Sequence record: MK524178.1
Source: Escherichia phage PHB12
DNA length: 64,000 nucleotides
Direction: 5' to 3' (one strand)
Positions within the stretch are counted from its first letter, which is position 1, and the number at the start of each line of letters is the position of its first letter. Positions 26,033-34,804 of the stretch are shown piece by piece. The translations under genes and the position numbers were made by a program. Under the pieces are notes generated by a model. It was not told the DNA's origin. It ran no database searches and saw only the letters and a list, made by a program, of their open reading frames with translations.

Positions 26033-26060
26033 TTTGATTTCTCCTCTAGTTGACAGGTCT

Positions 26061-26089
26061 ATAGTAACACAACTAGAGGAGAAGTAAAC
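26061..26089 (-). promoter_or_regulatory. early promoter GTTTAC-17-TACTAT upstream of regB
   Basis: Minus strand GTTTACTTCTCCTCTAGTTGTGTTACTAT; GAGGAG RBS follows. Confidence 0.55.
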
Positions 26090-26093
26090 TACT

Positions 26094-26309
26094 TTATTGA
26101 TAAAATGGAGTTAAAGCCCAAGATTCTTTAGATACCATGTTGGCGAAATGCCTCATCTCTTCGATTTGGCGACGACGCTGGTCAGCATAGTCTTCTTCGC
26201 CTTCTTCCTTACAATCTTCAAGGTCTTCTTCAAGATACTTTAAGTATTCACTACAAATTTTGTTGACCTTTTCTTGAAAGTCCAATAACCCAGTAATAGT
26301 AGAAGCCAT
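26094..26309 (-). CDS. hypothetical protein
   Basis: 71 aa acidic ORF. Confidence 0.4.
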   Translation of the reverse strand: MASTITGLLDFQEKVNKICSEYLKYLEEDLEDCKEEGEEDYADQRRRQIEEMRHFANMVSKESWALTPFYQ

Positions 26310-26577
26310 TAGTATTTTTCCTCAGGTCGAAATACTGCACGACATGCCCACATGCTGGCTTCTTTTAGATGTTGCTTAGCATACTTAAGAGCCTGCACTG
26401 CATCCATATCTTCTTTGGTTTGTTGCTCTGATTCATTTTCTTTCAAGATATATGCTTCTTCAATCAGAGCATCAAACATCAATCCAAGACGGACTTCTGC
26501 ATCTTTAATAGCGTTCACTTTACTGATTTTATCATCGGTATGCGGCTTGTAGCCTTTGATGTCTTCAATCGACATAA
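26309..26577 (-). CDS. small protein at the T4 vs.4 (Acb2) position, tentative anti-CBASS sponge
   Basis: Track ORF trimmed to internal ATG (MSIEDIKGYKPHTDDKISKVNAIKDAEVRLGL...), 88 aa; call rests on position between regB and the GrcA-like gene and on size only. Confidence 0.35.
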
Positions 26578-26789
26578 GGAATTTCCTCATCGGTGGCAAG
26601 GTCATATTCGACCAATTGGATAGGCTCGTTAATACCATATCCACGTACAGTGATATCGGTTGTCGGATATTTTCCAGTAATATCACCCATTCTAAATGCT
26701 TCAGTGAATGATTGCTCGCCTGAGCAACTAAACCAGGCGGCAAAACATTTTAAAACATCTTCAGACCCTTCTATAATCAATTTAGCCAT
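26565..26789 (-). CDS. hypothetical protein
   Basis: 74 aa ORF. Confidence 0.4.
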   Translation of the reverse strand: MAKLIIEGSEDVLKCFAAWFSCSGEQSFTEAFRMGDITGKYPTTDITVRGYGINEPIQLVEYDLATDEEIPYVD

Positions 26790-27151
26790 TATAGACTCTC
26801 AGTAAAGGTACGAGCGATAACGTCGCGTTGCTGTTCTGGAGTCAGAGAGTTAAAGCGAACTGCATAACCGGATACACGGATGGTCAGCTGTGGATATTTT
26901 TCCGGATGCTTAACTGCATCTTCCAGAGTTTCACGACGCAGAACGTTAACGTTCAGATGTTGACCACCTTCAATTTTAACTTTAGGTTGATGTTCAATTT
27001 CAATTTCACGGGCATTCAAACCGTAGAAAATTTCCGGGTCTACAATAGCGTCTTCTTTAAAAGTCTTAGAGACGATAATCCGGGCTTGAGTACCGTCTTC
27101 AAAATAAATAGTGCCTTTATGTGCACCTTCAAGAATTTGATATGCTTTCAT
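26789..27151 (-). CDS. autonomous glycyl-radical cofactor (GrcA/YfiD-like)
   Basis: 120 aa; C-terminal glycyl radical motif [25 protein letters not shown], as in pyruvate formate-lyase C-terminus. Confidence 0.8.
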   Translation of the reverse strand: MKAYQILEGAHKGTIYFEDGTQARIIVSKTFKEDAIVDPEIFYGLNAREIEIEHQPKVKIEGGQHLNVNVLRRETLEDAVKHPEKYPQLTIRVSGYAVRFNSLTPEQQRDVIARTFTESL

Positions 27152-27157
27152 ATAACC

Positions 27158-27466
27158 TCAATTAGAAAATAAATTTATCCAAGATTTTTCTTTAATCAAA
27201 AATGGGTCGGAATTAAACGCCATTAAACTTTGAGTGATTAATCCCTTAAATGGCCCATCAATAAATTCCATTTTGAAATGTGGAATACTAGTCATCAACC
27301 GTGCATTAGGAGCAGTACAAAGAACGTGCTGCCCTGCGAACGGACCTTTAGTCAAACGATATCGTTTAGGTTTAAAATGGTAAATCTCGTAATTTTCTAC
27401 AAGAGCCCTTTTATTGCATACTGGGCTGTTATAACAATACTCAAAAACTTCAATAGTGGTCATCAT
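27158..27466 (-). CDS. hypothetical protein
   Basis: Track ORF trimmed to internal ATG (MMTTIEVFEY...) giving ATGA overlap with the upstream gene. Confidence 0.4.
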   Translation of the reverse strand: MMTTIEVFEYCYNSPVCNKRALVENYEIYHFKPKRYRLTKGPFAGQHVLCTAPNARLMTSIPHFKMEFIDGPFKGLITQSLMAFNSDPFLIKEKSWINLFSN

Positions 27467-28002
27467 TGCATTCCAATCACAAAAAATTGAGGACGAGCAA
27501 TACCGCCGATGCAATATTTGCTTTTGCAGCAGTGCTGTACTGATTTAATATGGACATTGTAAATCTTATCCATATCAGGAGCTTTAATAGGCTCGTCAAT
27601 TATATACAGAATACGAGAAAGCGTTAATCCACGGAATTTAGAACCTTCATTGCCAATAAAACTACGGACAGAATCAGTAAATAAACGGAATCGAATATCA
27701 TCGCTAGAATAACGAGAAAATTCTTTTTTAATGTTGCCAACAGAAATTTTAGCATAAGCTGAAGTATTAGAAAGAACAATAACTGTTCCACCGTCGTACA
27801 GCCAATTAACAGCAAAATTAGTTACTGCGGTCGATTTACCTGATTGTCTGCCGCCGTCTAAACGAAGTGTACAGTACTGCTTGAGTACGTCTTCAAATGG
27901 CGGGATATAACCATTCTTACAAATTTCTTCTACTCTAGCATCAGAATGGTGTGTAAAAGCATTCATCAGGGATAGATAAGGTCCGGTTAAAAATGTTCTC
28001 AT
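27463..28002 (-). CDS. hypothetical protein with P-loop-like motif
   Basis: 179 aa; GGRQSGKSTA resembles Walker A. Confidence 0.4.
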   Translation of the reverse strand: MRTFLTGPYLSLMNAFTHHSDARVEEICKNGYIPPFEDVLKQYCTLRLDGGRQSGKSTAVTNFAVNWLYDGGTVIVLSNTSAYAKISVGNIKKEFSRYSSDDIRFRLFTDSVRSFIGNEGSKFRGLTLSRILYIIDEPIKAPDMDKIYNVHIKSVQHCCKSKYCIGGIARPQFFVIGMQ

Positions 28003-28243
28003 TTAGTTTCTCTTTTAGGTTGGGCTGTTCCGTGGCACATGAATTGTCCATTTCTGTATTTACCCATTACCGCACTTGGGCTCGACCTTATTACAGGTTG
28101 GCGGGAATCCCTCATAGAATCATGAGGTCCAGGTTGTTCCCATGTTATTTGAATGTAAATATTTTTGCCTTAATACTTATACCAGTGTGGCTTCATTAAA
28201 ATTTTTTCATCGAGTCATTTTACCTCTCCAAGTAATTATGAAT

Positions 28244-28273
28244 ATACTATCACAATTTTAGGAGAAAGTAAAC
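28244..28273 (-). promoter_or_regulatory. early promoter GTTTAC-18-TAGTAT with long structured leader
   Basis: GTTTAC at rc of 28268-28273; the nearest downstream minus-strand gene start is at 28002, implying a leader of about 230 nt. Confidence 0.45.
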
Positions 28274-28275
28274 TG

Positions 28276-28578
28276 TTATTTACCTTTAATTACTTTAGCT
28301 GCTTCGATAGCCGCTTGCTGAAGGTCGTCCATAGACATACCGAATTTAGAAGCAAAGTTATCAATTTTCTTTTCGACAGCATTCAAAGGCTTGGCCTGTT
28401 TACCTTCATTAGCGCCAGGAAGAGCGAGAATACGCTCTTTGTCAATATAAAGGCTTACAAGTTTCTTACGGTCTTTATCGGATAAATCATGAAATGAATG
28501 GGCCTTTTTATTTATAGCGGCTTCTAATTTACCTGCACTCACTCGCGCTTCAGTAATAAATTCTTGATATGTTTTCAT
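28276..28578 (-). CDS. ipI: internal protein I (IPI) precursor
   Basis: 100 aa; N-terminal capsid-targeting leader MKTYQEFITEA and body (KLEAAINKKAHSFHDLSDKDRKKLVSLYIDKERILALPGANEGKQAKPLNAVEKKIDNFASKFGMSMDDLQQAAIEAAK) closely match T4 IPI as recalled. Confidence 0.8.
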   Translation of the reverse strand: MKTYQEFITEARVSAGKLEAAINKKAHSFHDLSDKDRKKLVSLYIDKERILALPGANEGKQAKPLNAVEKKIDNFASKFGMSMDDLQQAAIEAAKVIKGK

Positions 28579-28599
28579 ATGTTTCCTTTAAATGTAAAT

Positions 28600-28617
28600 A
28601 GGCCTAAGTATCGGCCT
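28600..28617 (-). other. intergenic hairpin (AGGCC/GGCCT stem) between two internal-protein genes
   Basis: Inverted repeat AGGCCTAAGTATCGGCCT; no U-run, so more likely a processing/attenuation structure than an intrinsic terminator. Confidence 0.35.
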
Positions 28618-28619
28618 TA

Positions 28620-29198
28620 TTAATTACCACGGGCTGCATTAGCAACGGCATAAGCGTACTGAACATTAGCGTCTTTAAACGTACCTTTAGAGGTGTCTAT
28701 TTCTGCCTTAAAGCCGCCTTTAGCCATAACATCGGCAAATTCTTTACGGAAGGCCATTGCATCAAGACCCTTCCATGATGATTTATGCTTGGCAAATTCA
28801 AGACCTGCGAAGTTGACAGCTTTAGCCAATTTATTATCAATGACCCATTTACCGGCTTTAGGCACAAACTTCGGGCCTTTTTGTTTAGAGAACAGTTTTA
28901 AATTCCAGCGACGAAGATCACTGTCGGCTTTAACAAAAGCTGCGTCTAAGTTACTAGCAACAACATCTTCAATATGAGCAAATTTAAGTCCGTCAACTTC
29001 AATATTTAGATCGTTACGCCAGCGAAGTCCTTCCCAAGCGAAGGCTTTAAAATCAGAAGCTTTTGTGGCTAGATATCGTTCAAGTGGAGCAGTTTTAGGG
29101 TCGAAGCCGTTTCCACCACGATAAGTCCACTCGTCCTTATTAATGCCTTGAGCTTTTCCTGCAAAGGCCTCGGCGATAAATTCTTTATATGTTTTCAT
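28620..29198 (-). CDS. internal-protein-like protein with capsid-targeting leader (IPIII-sized)
   Basis: 192 aa; begins MKTYKEFIAEA (T4 internal-protein leader), then a basic Lys/Ala-rich body. Confidence 0.6.
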   Translation of the reverse strand: MKTYKEFIAEAFAGKAQGINKDEWTYRGGNGFDPKTAPLERYLATKASDFKAFAWEGLRWRNDLNIEVDGLKFAHIEDVVASNLDAAFVKADSDLRRWNLKLFSKQKGPKFVPKAGKWVIDNKLAKAVNFAGLEFAKHKSSWKGLDAMAFRKEFADVMAKGGFKAEIDTSKGTFKDANVQYAYAVANAARGN

Positions 29199-29228
29199 TT
29201 TTGTTTCCTTGTTTGTTTTGATAGAGTA

Positions 29229-29258
29229 ATTATACCATATTAATACTTAAGCGTAAAC
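29229..29258 (-). promoter_or_regulatory. early promoter GTTTAC-18-TATAAT
   Basis: Minus strand GTTTACGCTTAAGTATTAATATGGTATAAT upstream of the 28620..29198 gene. Confidence 0.55.
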
Positions 29259-29261
29259 TGT

Positions 29262-29522
29262 TTAAGCTTTACCGCCGGAAATAATTCCGAAGTTGTTAAA
29301 ATCGTATCCAATATCGTCGACATCTACTTTAGGGCTTGCTACAACATAAGCAATTTCACTACGTTTTGCATAGGTGTTGATTTCTTTACCATCGCCACCT
29401 AAGAAAGAATACCCATTACGTTTTAATGAGCCAAAGTCTTCCGCATCACCAATGAAAGCTTTAACTTTAAATTTGGGGTCTTTGGCATCTGCTTCAATGA
29501 TAAATTCTTGATACATTTTCAT
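29262..29522 (-). CDS. internal-protein-like protein with capsid-targeting leader
   Basis: 86 aa; begins MKMYQEFIIEA. Confidence 0.55.
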   Translation of the reverse strand: MKMYQEFIIEADAKDPKFKVKAFIGDAEDFGSLKRNGYSFLGGDGKEINTYAKRSEIAYVVASPKVDVDDIGYDFNNFGIISGGKA

Positions 29523-29530
29523 TTTTTTCC

Positions 29531-29944
29531 TTAGTAAATTGATTTACCATAGTATTTGTACCAAGTCGGACGTTGAGCAATTTTTTCATCTAAGCGTGCT
29601 TGACTTATCGCAATGGACGCTTCGGACGGGACGTAATTATTACGAAATTCTACAGGAATGTCGGAAATATCCTGGACTGTCGTGTCCTTGATTTTGAAAC
29701 CACGTTTCAAACATTCGGTGATTAGCTCGATTTGACGTAAACGTAAAAATTCGAGTTTGTCGTAAAAGAATGTTACGTGACCTGTGCCTAAGATAAATGT
29801 TGGAGAGATTTTAAAATCTTTTACACGTTTACCGTTTTGAACATGTTTACGGACTGCACCAAATACGCGTGGTAATTCACGATACTCAGCCATAAGATGT
29901 TGGTCGGTCAGTTCGGAAACGAGTGTTAAATTGATACGAGTCAT
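29531..29944 (-). CDS. denV: endonuclease V (pyrimidine dimer DNA glycosylase) DenV
   Basis: From ATG 29942-29944: [34 protein letters not shown]... near-identical to T4 DenV as recalled; 137 aa. Confidence 0.85.
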   Translation of the reverse strand: MTRINLTLVSELTDQHLMAEYRELPRVFGAVRKHVQNGKRVKDFKISPTFILGTGHVTFFYDKLEFLRLRQIELITECLKRGFKIKDTTVQDISDIPVEFRNNYVPSEASIAISQARLDEKIAQRPTWYKYYGKSIY

Positions 29945-29971
29945 AATTTCCTCCAAGTAGTTGATGAATGT

Positions 29972-30001
29972 ATAGTATCAAAGTCCTTGGAGGAAGTAAA
30001 C
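29972..30001 (-). promoter_or_regulatory. early promoter GTTTAC-18-TACTAT upstream of denV
   Basis: GTTTAC at rc of 29996-30001; GGAGG RBS before denV ATG. Confidence 0.5.
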
Positions 30002-30002
30002 A

Positions 30003-30284
30003 CTATTTTTCTGAAGCGCCCGAAATATATTTTTCAAGACGTTGTTTCATCAGCGAGCCGTTCTTAGCGATTTCTTCCGGTTTATCGCACATACGCAACA
30101 AGGCTTCAAGCTTAACGATATCACTGGTACGTTCAAATTTGCGAGTATCTATCTTACTAGCAAGTTCAGAAATACGTGCTAATAGACTTTCAGCTTCAAC
30201 CAAAGCTGCACCTAGCTTAGTTGCAAATGTGTCAGTAGCTTCGTTAAGAATAGATTCTGATAAAAATTCACTATATGTTTTCAT
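30003..30284 (-). CDS. internal-protein-like protein with capsid-targeting leader
   Basis: Start at ATG 30282-30284 ([11 protein letters not shown]...), ATGA overlap with the stop of e; 93 aa. Confidence 0.5.
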   Translation of the reverse strand: MKTYSEFLSESILNEATDTFATKLGAALVEAESLLARISELASKIDTRKFERTSDIVKLEALLRMCDKPEEIAKNGSLMKQRLEKYISGASEK

Positions 30285-30769
30285 ATATACGCTTTCCAAG
30301 TTCCTGTTTTAAATGTTGAGATTACGCGTTTCGCGCGATTAGGTGTCTGACGATACCATTTAGATTGGGCTAGATTTACTGCCGCTTCGTCCCAACGTTT
30401 CTGTTGAAGCATACGAAGAGAATTAGTAAAACCAGCGACGCCTGCTACACCCATTTGGAAGACCATATTGACCAATGCACATCGACGAACTGCATCTAAA
30501 GAATCATATACCGGTTTAAGTTTAGCATTACCCAAGATTCCGCGAACGGCTTTATCAACGTCTTCATTAAATAGCTTTTCAGCCTCATCAAGGGTAATTG
30601 TACCGTTGCATTTACGTCCGATCATTCTGTCAAGTTCAGCTTTAGCTACGGCTAAAGACGGGTTCTTTGTTACTAAATGGCCTATGCCAATCGTCCAAAA
30701 GCCTTCAGTGTCTTTGTATAAAGACAGTCTAAGACCTTCGTCATTACGAAGCATTTCAAATATATTCAT
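30281..30769 (-). CDS. e: lysozyme (endolysin) e
   Basis: From ATG 30767-30769: [32 protein letters not shown]... matches T4 lysozyme as recalled; about 162 aa. Confidence 0.9.
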   Translation of the reverse strand: MNIFEMLRNDEGLRLSLYKDTEGFWTIGIGHLVTKNPSLAVAKAELDRMIGRKCNGTITLDEAEKLFNEDVDKAVRGILGNAKLKPVYDSLDAVRRCALVNMVFQMGVAGVAGFTNSLRMLQQKRWDEAAVNLAQSKWYRQTPNRAKRVISTFKTGTWKAYI

Positions 30770-30771
30770 AA

Positions 30772-30795
30772 TACCTCCCACGTTTATAGGAGGTA
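30772..30795 (-). promoter_or_regulatory. gene e leader hairpin sequestering the Shine-Dalgarno, with late-promoter-like TATAAACG inside
   Basis: Inverted repeat TACCTCC/GGAGGTA (30772-30795); minus strand reads TACCTCC-TATAAACG-TGGGAGGTA-TT-ATG. Confidence 0.55.
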
Positions 30796-30803
30796 TTTAT
30801 TAC

Positions 30804-31262
30804 TTATAAGAGGGTAGTGAGCACCTTATATAATGATTTGCCCATTACATATTCCCATTGAGAAGGTTTAATTAAAGCGAATGCATCAAATTCAGGAATC
30901 TGTCGTCCATCCGGGAACGTATGATAGGAATTACAAACACTGTTTCTGAATTGCTCGTGCTCTACAGGGATGGTATATAAGAACAGATGAATATTCTTAT
31001 TGTCTGAGTAATGATGTTCACCTAGGTCTTTCAGGAAGGCAGGGTCATATTGTGTAAACCCAGTTTCTTCTTCGCATTCACGAATAGCGGCTTCGATAGG
31101 AGATTCACCGGGCTCGACACGACCTTTAGGAATATCCCACCGATGAGCTAATGCACCTTTAGGACGAGAACCAGTTACACGGCCCATGAATAACTCTTTA
31201 TCTTCGGTAAGGAAAATAATACCGGCTGATAGTTCTTTCACTTTATTTTTCTTACTCATCAT
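30804..31262 (-). CDS. nudE: Nudix hydrolase NudE
   Basis: 152 aa; Nudix box GRVEPGESPIEAAIRECEEETG; adjacent to e as in T4 (e.1). Confidence 0.8.
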   Translation of the reverse strand: MMSKKNKVKELSAGIIFLTEDKELFMGRVTGSRPKGALAHRWDIPKGRVEPGESPIEAAIRECEEETGFTQYDPAFLKDLGEHHYSDNKNIHLFLYTIPVEHEQFRNSVCNSYHTFPDGRQIPEFDAFALIKPSQWEYVMGKSLYKVLTTLL

Positions 31263-31503
31263 CTCGGTCCCATGATTTGGCCATTAATTCGGACATAAAT
31301 TCTTCAATGCGCGTTTCTTTAGATGGACTTTCACTATTAGAGACCGCAAGTTTGTAATCTGCAATAGGACAGAACATATCAAGGTCCATATTAAGGTCGT
31401 CTTTGATTTTTTCTTCTGACACATCTTTATCGTATGTGTACAGATAACTATCACATGATTCTGATTTAATGTAAATTGCTATACTCATCTCAAATTCCTG
31501 CAT
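31252..31503 (-). CDS. hypothetical protein
   Basis: 83 aa acidic ORF. Confidence 0.4.
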   Translation of the reverse strand: MQEFEMSIAIYIKSESCDSYLYTYDKDVSEEKIKDDLNMDLDMFCPIADYKLAVSNSESPSKETRIEEFMSELMAKSWDRDDE

Positions 31504-31964
31504 TCGGTAATAAAACGTTCAACTTCATTATTCTTGGCTTTTATCTTGTCTTTATGTTCTTGTAAACTACTTTTAATAAGATTAATAATGATGGCGGCGG
31601 TACCGCCGCCAATGATGCCACCAACAACGCTTATGATACTAGATGCTAATAAGATAGCAATAATATCAACAAAACCGAAAGAACTCACCTTAGTACTGAA
31701 AAACCATATAGATGGTACAAATATAATCCATCCTGTTATCCATTGGCACTTATTGAAAAACTTTTCAAGCTCAGCTTGAGTTGTTCGTATTACTTCATCG
31801 ATAGGTTGATATCCATTAATGTATCTGTTCACGATAATACCTGCTGGCTGGTCGATTTTAAATTCTTGGCAAATATGTTTCACTAAGTAGGATGGACATC
31901 CTGTCCAATCTACTGAATAGTATGAAATACCTTCATTGCCATCGTCTATATTATTGTTAATCAT
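31485..31964 (-). CDS. membrane protein
   Basis: 159 aa; two hydrophobic segments including a glycine-zipper-like IISVVGGIIGGGTAAIIINLI. Confidence 0.4.
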   Translation of the reverse strand: MINNNIDDGNEGISYYSVDWTGCPSYLVKHICQEFKIDQPAGIIVNRYINGYQPIDEVIRTTQAELEKFFNKCQWITGWIIFVPSIWFFSTKVSSFGFVDIIAILLASSIISVVGGIIGGGTAAIIINLIKSSLQEHKDKIKAKNNEVERFITECRNLR

Positions 31965-32650
31965 TACCAGCCTTCCATAGGGAATTCCAGATAAACTTGA
32001 GCATTGACACGAATTTCATTGGTAATCTTTTTAACTCGGTCTGTATTACGAGATACACGTCCGAACCAACGCCATCCATTACTAATTGCACGAGAACCAG
32101 TGTGCCATGTTTGCCAATCAAACTGAAGAAGAGTACGATCTGGAGCTTCCCATTTCTCTAGTTCACCTTTTTCAATTTTTTCGAGGACTTCTTTGTGCCA
32201 CTGACGATAGATAAGTTCGCCATCAGGAATCTGACTGAACTCTGCAGTTCCTGTTGCAAAATGAGTAGGACACACGTCAGCGTTAACAAGACCAAGAATA
32301 TGTTCAGACAAATAGCGAGGATTGTCATAATCAGGTTGTCCTGCAGTAATAAAATGTTGTCCTGTTGGAATATCTGGGCGTGGTACGTCATCATGGTGAT
32401 ATCCAGGAATAGCAGGGTACCAACCAGGCATCAGCATGTGGACTCGTGAATCAAATACTACATCCGAGTCTTTCCAATCGTCAGGAAGATTTTGGATAAA
32501 GCTACGAGTAATTGGGCCGCCATTATCAAAAGCAAAATTCAAATCGCAGTTAAAGAACATAGGCTCGTTTTTAATCTGGTCGTTTTTAATCGCATGAGCA
32601 AAACCGCCTACTGCACGAGCTTGACTATTAAACACTTTAGAACTATTCAT
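31964..32650 (-). CDS. hypothetical protein
   Basis: 228 aa; His/Asp/Trp-rich, no motif recognised. Confidence 0.45.
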   Translation of the reverse strand: MNSSKVFNSQARAVGGFAHAIKNDQIKNEPMFFNCDLNFAFDNGGPITRSFIQNLPDDWKDSDVVFDSRVHMLMPGWYPAIPGYHHDDVPRPDIPTGQHFITAGQPDYDNPRYLSEHILGLVNADVCPTHFATGTAEFSQIPDGELIYRQWHKEVLEKIEKGELEKWEAPDRTLLQFDWQTWHTGSRAISNGWRWFGRVSRNTDRVKKITNEIRVNAQVYLEFPMEGW

Positions 32651-32651
32651 A

Positions 32652-32957
32652 TTATTTTCCTCGACATTCTTTAATGAAATTTTCTAGATTGGTAGATTCA
32701 ATAGCTTTTTTACGAGCTTCTGCGTGTTCTTCTTCGGACAATTTACATTTATAATTGACCCAGACATTATGGTCGAAACTAGTCGTAGCATATAATAACA
32801 ATGCTCCAACGAATAGCAAAAACGGCGATAAGAATACAAAACCAGGAACACCATCCATATCGTAAGCCTTTTGTAATACTGCAACAGAAAGGGCTGCGTA
32901 AAAAGGTGATGCAAATATTGTTAAAAGACCAATTCGGTTGGTTTCGCCTAATTTCAT
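32652..32957 (-). CDS. membrane protein
   Basis: 101 aa with two hydrophobic segments. Confidence 0.4.
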   Translation of the reverse strand: MKLGETNRIGLLTIFASPFYAALSVAVLQKAYDMDGVPGFVFLSPFLLFVGALLLYATTSFDHNVWVNYKCKLSEEEHAEARKKAIESTNLENFIKECRGK

Positions 32958-32974
32958 AATATTCTCCTCATGTT

Positions 32975-33016
32975 TTAATAGGACTACTATAACATAGTCC
33001 CTATAATTGTGTAAAC
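32975..33016 (-). promoter_or_regulatory. promoter-early stem-loop cassette (ATAGGACTACTATAACATAGTCCCTAT + GTTTAC)
   Basis: Inverted repeat around the -10 region; GTTTAC at rc of 33011-33016. Confidence 0.5.
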
Positions 33017-33028
33017 AGTTTTGTGAAG

Positions 33029-33985
33029 TTATTTGAAAGGTTTTACCATATGGAAATTTTGTTTGAAACGTTTGACGTAATCATCATGTCCTAAGCTTTG
33101 GTACATACTTACTACTTTGCTGTAGTTTTCCCAGGCGTATTCACGGAACCAACCGGAGGTGATGCTTGTACAGACTTTTTCCAATGCCATCATGAAACTG
33201 GCTTCAGGGTTAATTTTAAAGTCATTAGGAATCTGAGAACGTTCTAATGCTAGTACACATGATTCTTCGTATACACCGGCCAACTTGACCATTTCTGGTA
33301 ATGATTCGAACTTCTCGCGTGAGGTCATGACTTCAGAACCATCTTTCATATAAAATGTATACGCTGGACGGTCTGTTAGCGCAATGGCTTCATGAATAGT
33401 ATCATGGTCATATGTATAGATGCCATCTTTAAAGAACGCACTTTTAGAAGTGTCAAGAACTGGGTGAACATAGTTCAAGGTTTCTTTCTGGCGTTTCAGC
33501 ATAATTTCAGTAAGTTCATCGTTCAGTGTAACACCTTTACCACGAAGATACTGAATATGGTTCATAGTCTTTAAAAAGAACGGATTATTTTTCTTGAAAC
33601 GATGAGACATCTTAATTGCAAGACATATCTCAGGAGTCGCCCAGTAAAACCCGTTCAAACGGTCTTTAGTCAAATTTTTCTTGGCGTATTTTAAAAGGTC
33701 ATAAGAAGACGTGAAATCTTCAGGAGTGAGTTCACCGACTAATTCACGGGCATTAGTGATTGCCGGAACAATATATGCTTCAAAATGAGTTTCGCGTCCA
33801 TTATGGAAGCATTTGAAAACTTGGACATCAGGGTTATCTTGATGAACATATACACCCATCATTTGATTTTTGAACGCATTCCAAGAACATTGGTCTGCAA
33901 TAAAGTCCCAATCACTATTTTTGATAGCGCTAGAATCAATAAGACCGTGATAGTGAAGTGCACGAGAACCAATAACTAACATCAT
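33029..33985 (-). CDS. hypothetical protein
   Basis: 318 aa; N-terminal VIGSRALHYHGLIDSSAIKNSDWDF loosely resembles a nucleotidyltransferase motif but spacing is atypical. Confidence 0.45.
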   Translation of the reverse strand: MMLVIGSRALHYHGLIDSSAIKNSDWDFIADQCSWNAFKNQMMGVYVHQDNPDVQVFKCFHNGRETHFEAYIVPAITNARELVGELTPEDFTSSYDLLKYAKKNLTKDRLNGFYWATPEICLAIKMSHRFKKNNPFFLKTMNHIQYLRGKGVTLNDELTEIMLKRQKETLNYVHPVLDTSKSAFFKDGIYTYDHDTIHEAIALTDRPAYTFYMKDGSEVMTSREKFESLPEMVKLAGVYEESCVLALERSQIPNDFKINPEASFMMALEKVCTSITSGWFREYAWENYSKVVSMYQSLGHDDYVKRFKQNFHMVKPFK

Positions 33986-34013
33986 AATATTTTCCTCGGA
34001 TTAATTCATTAAC

Positions 34014-34253
34014 TTAAATTTCACGACATGCGATATCATATTCATCCCAGAGGTCATCGTGTGAAGCCTCTACTAATGGAACGATTGTACCATTTATGTC
34101 TTCATTATAAGGGCAAATTGTACAGTGCGCATCTTCGAATCGGATGCCTTTGTGTTCAGATTTTTTATAACGCATATCGAATATCTTTGCAAACTTTTCA
34201 CGAGTAATGGTTTTAGCAACCACTTTGGTTCCAATACTTTCATAATAAATCAT
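34014..34253 (-). CDS. hypothetical protein (possible Zn-binding, CxxC...H...C)
   Basis: 79 aa ORF. Confidence 0.4.
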   Translation of the reverse strand: MIYYESIGTKVVAKTITREKFAKIFDMRYKKSEHKGIRFEDAHCTICPYNEDINGTIVPLVEASHDDLWDEYDIACREI

Positions 34254-34271
34254 TGTGGACTCCGTTTAATT

Positions 34272-34310
34272 TGATAGGACTACTATAACATAGCCCTATC
34301 TTGTTGTAAA
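34272..34310 (-). promoter_or_regulatory. promoter-early stem-loop cassette
   Basis: TGATAGGACTACTATAACATAGCCCTATC with GTTTAC at rc of 34305-34310. Confidence 0.5.
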
Positions 34311-34315
34311 CTGTT

Positions 34316-34513
34316 TTAGCAAGAATAACTAGATGATACCCAGCCTTGAACAGTGATACTATTGTGGGATAATGAGATCGCGTCCTGGAGATTCAGACCT
34401 GCGTTATCTTCAATCCATAACGTAACTTCTTCGCTTTCTTCTGTTGCAATTTGGAACAGGTTTTCCAGAGCAGCTACTGCCGTACGTACAGCACAATCTA
34501 ATTCACGAGACAT
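34316..34513 (-). CDS. small protein, member 1 of tandem family ending GW(I/V)xSSxxC
   Basis: 65 aa; C-terminus ...VQGWVSSSYSC. Confidence 0.45.
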   Translation of the reverse strand: MSRELDCAVRTAVAALENLFQIATEESEEVTLWIEDNAGLNLQDAISLSHNSITVQGWVSSSYSC

Positions 34514-34522
34514 ATGGTTTCC

Positions 34523-34795
34523 TTAGCAAGTGTGAGAAGATGCGATCCAACCACCAGTTTCGAGGCTTAGGTTGTAGTCGTATTGGTAAACGTCGGCCCA
34601 TTCAGCATAGCCGTTTTTTGTACAACGTTCAAGGTCGGCTTTAAGCTGTCCGGGTGAATGATATGTTCCACCCATACCATAAGCTGGATACAAGTCGAAT
34701 GTTGTGTTTTGTTTATCAGCAATTTCTTTGGCAGCCTCAATAGCTGCATAGATTTTTGCTACAGCTTCAGCCAGTTCGGTTTGTTCTTTAGACAT
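34523..34795 (-). CDS. small protein, member 2 of tandem family ending GW(I/V)xSSxxC
   Basis: 90 aa; C-terminus ...ETGGWIASSHTC. Confidence 0.45.
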   Translation of the reverse strand: MSKEQTELAEAVAKIYAAIEAAKEIADKQNTTFDLYPAYGMGGTYHSPGQLKADLERCTKNGYAEWADVYQYDYNLSLETGGWIASSHTC

Positions 34796-34804
34796 AATGA
34801 TTCC

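Noticed and set aside
33029-33985. Second nucleotidyltransferase suggested by GS...DWD near the N-terminus
   Set aside because: Spacing between the GS and the acidic pair (17 residues) is outside the usual range and no third acidic residue is obvious; left as hypothetical.
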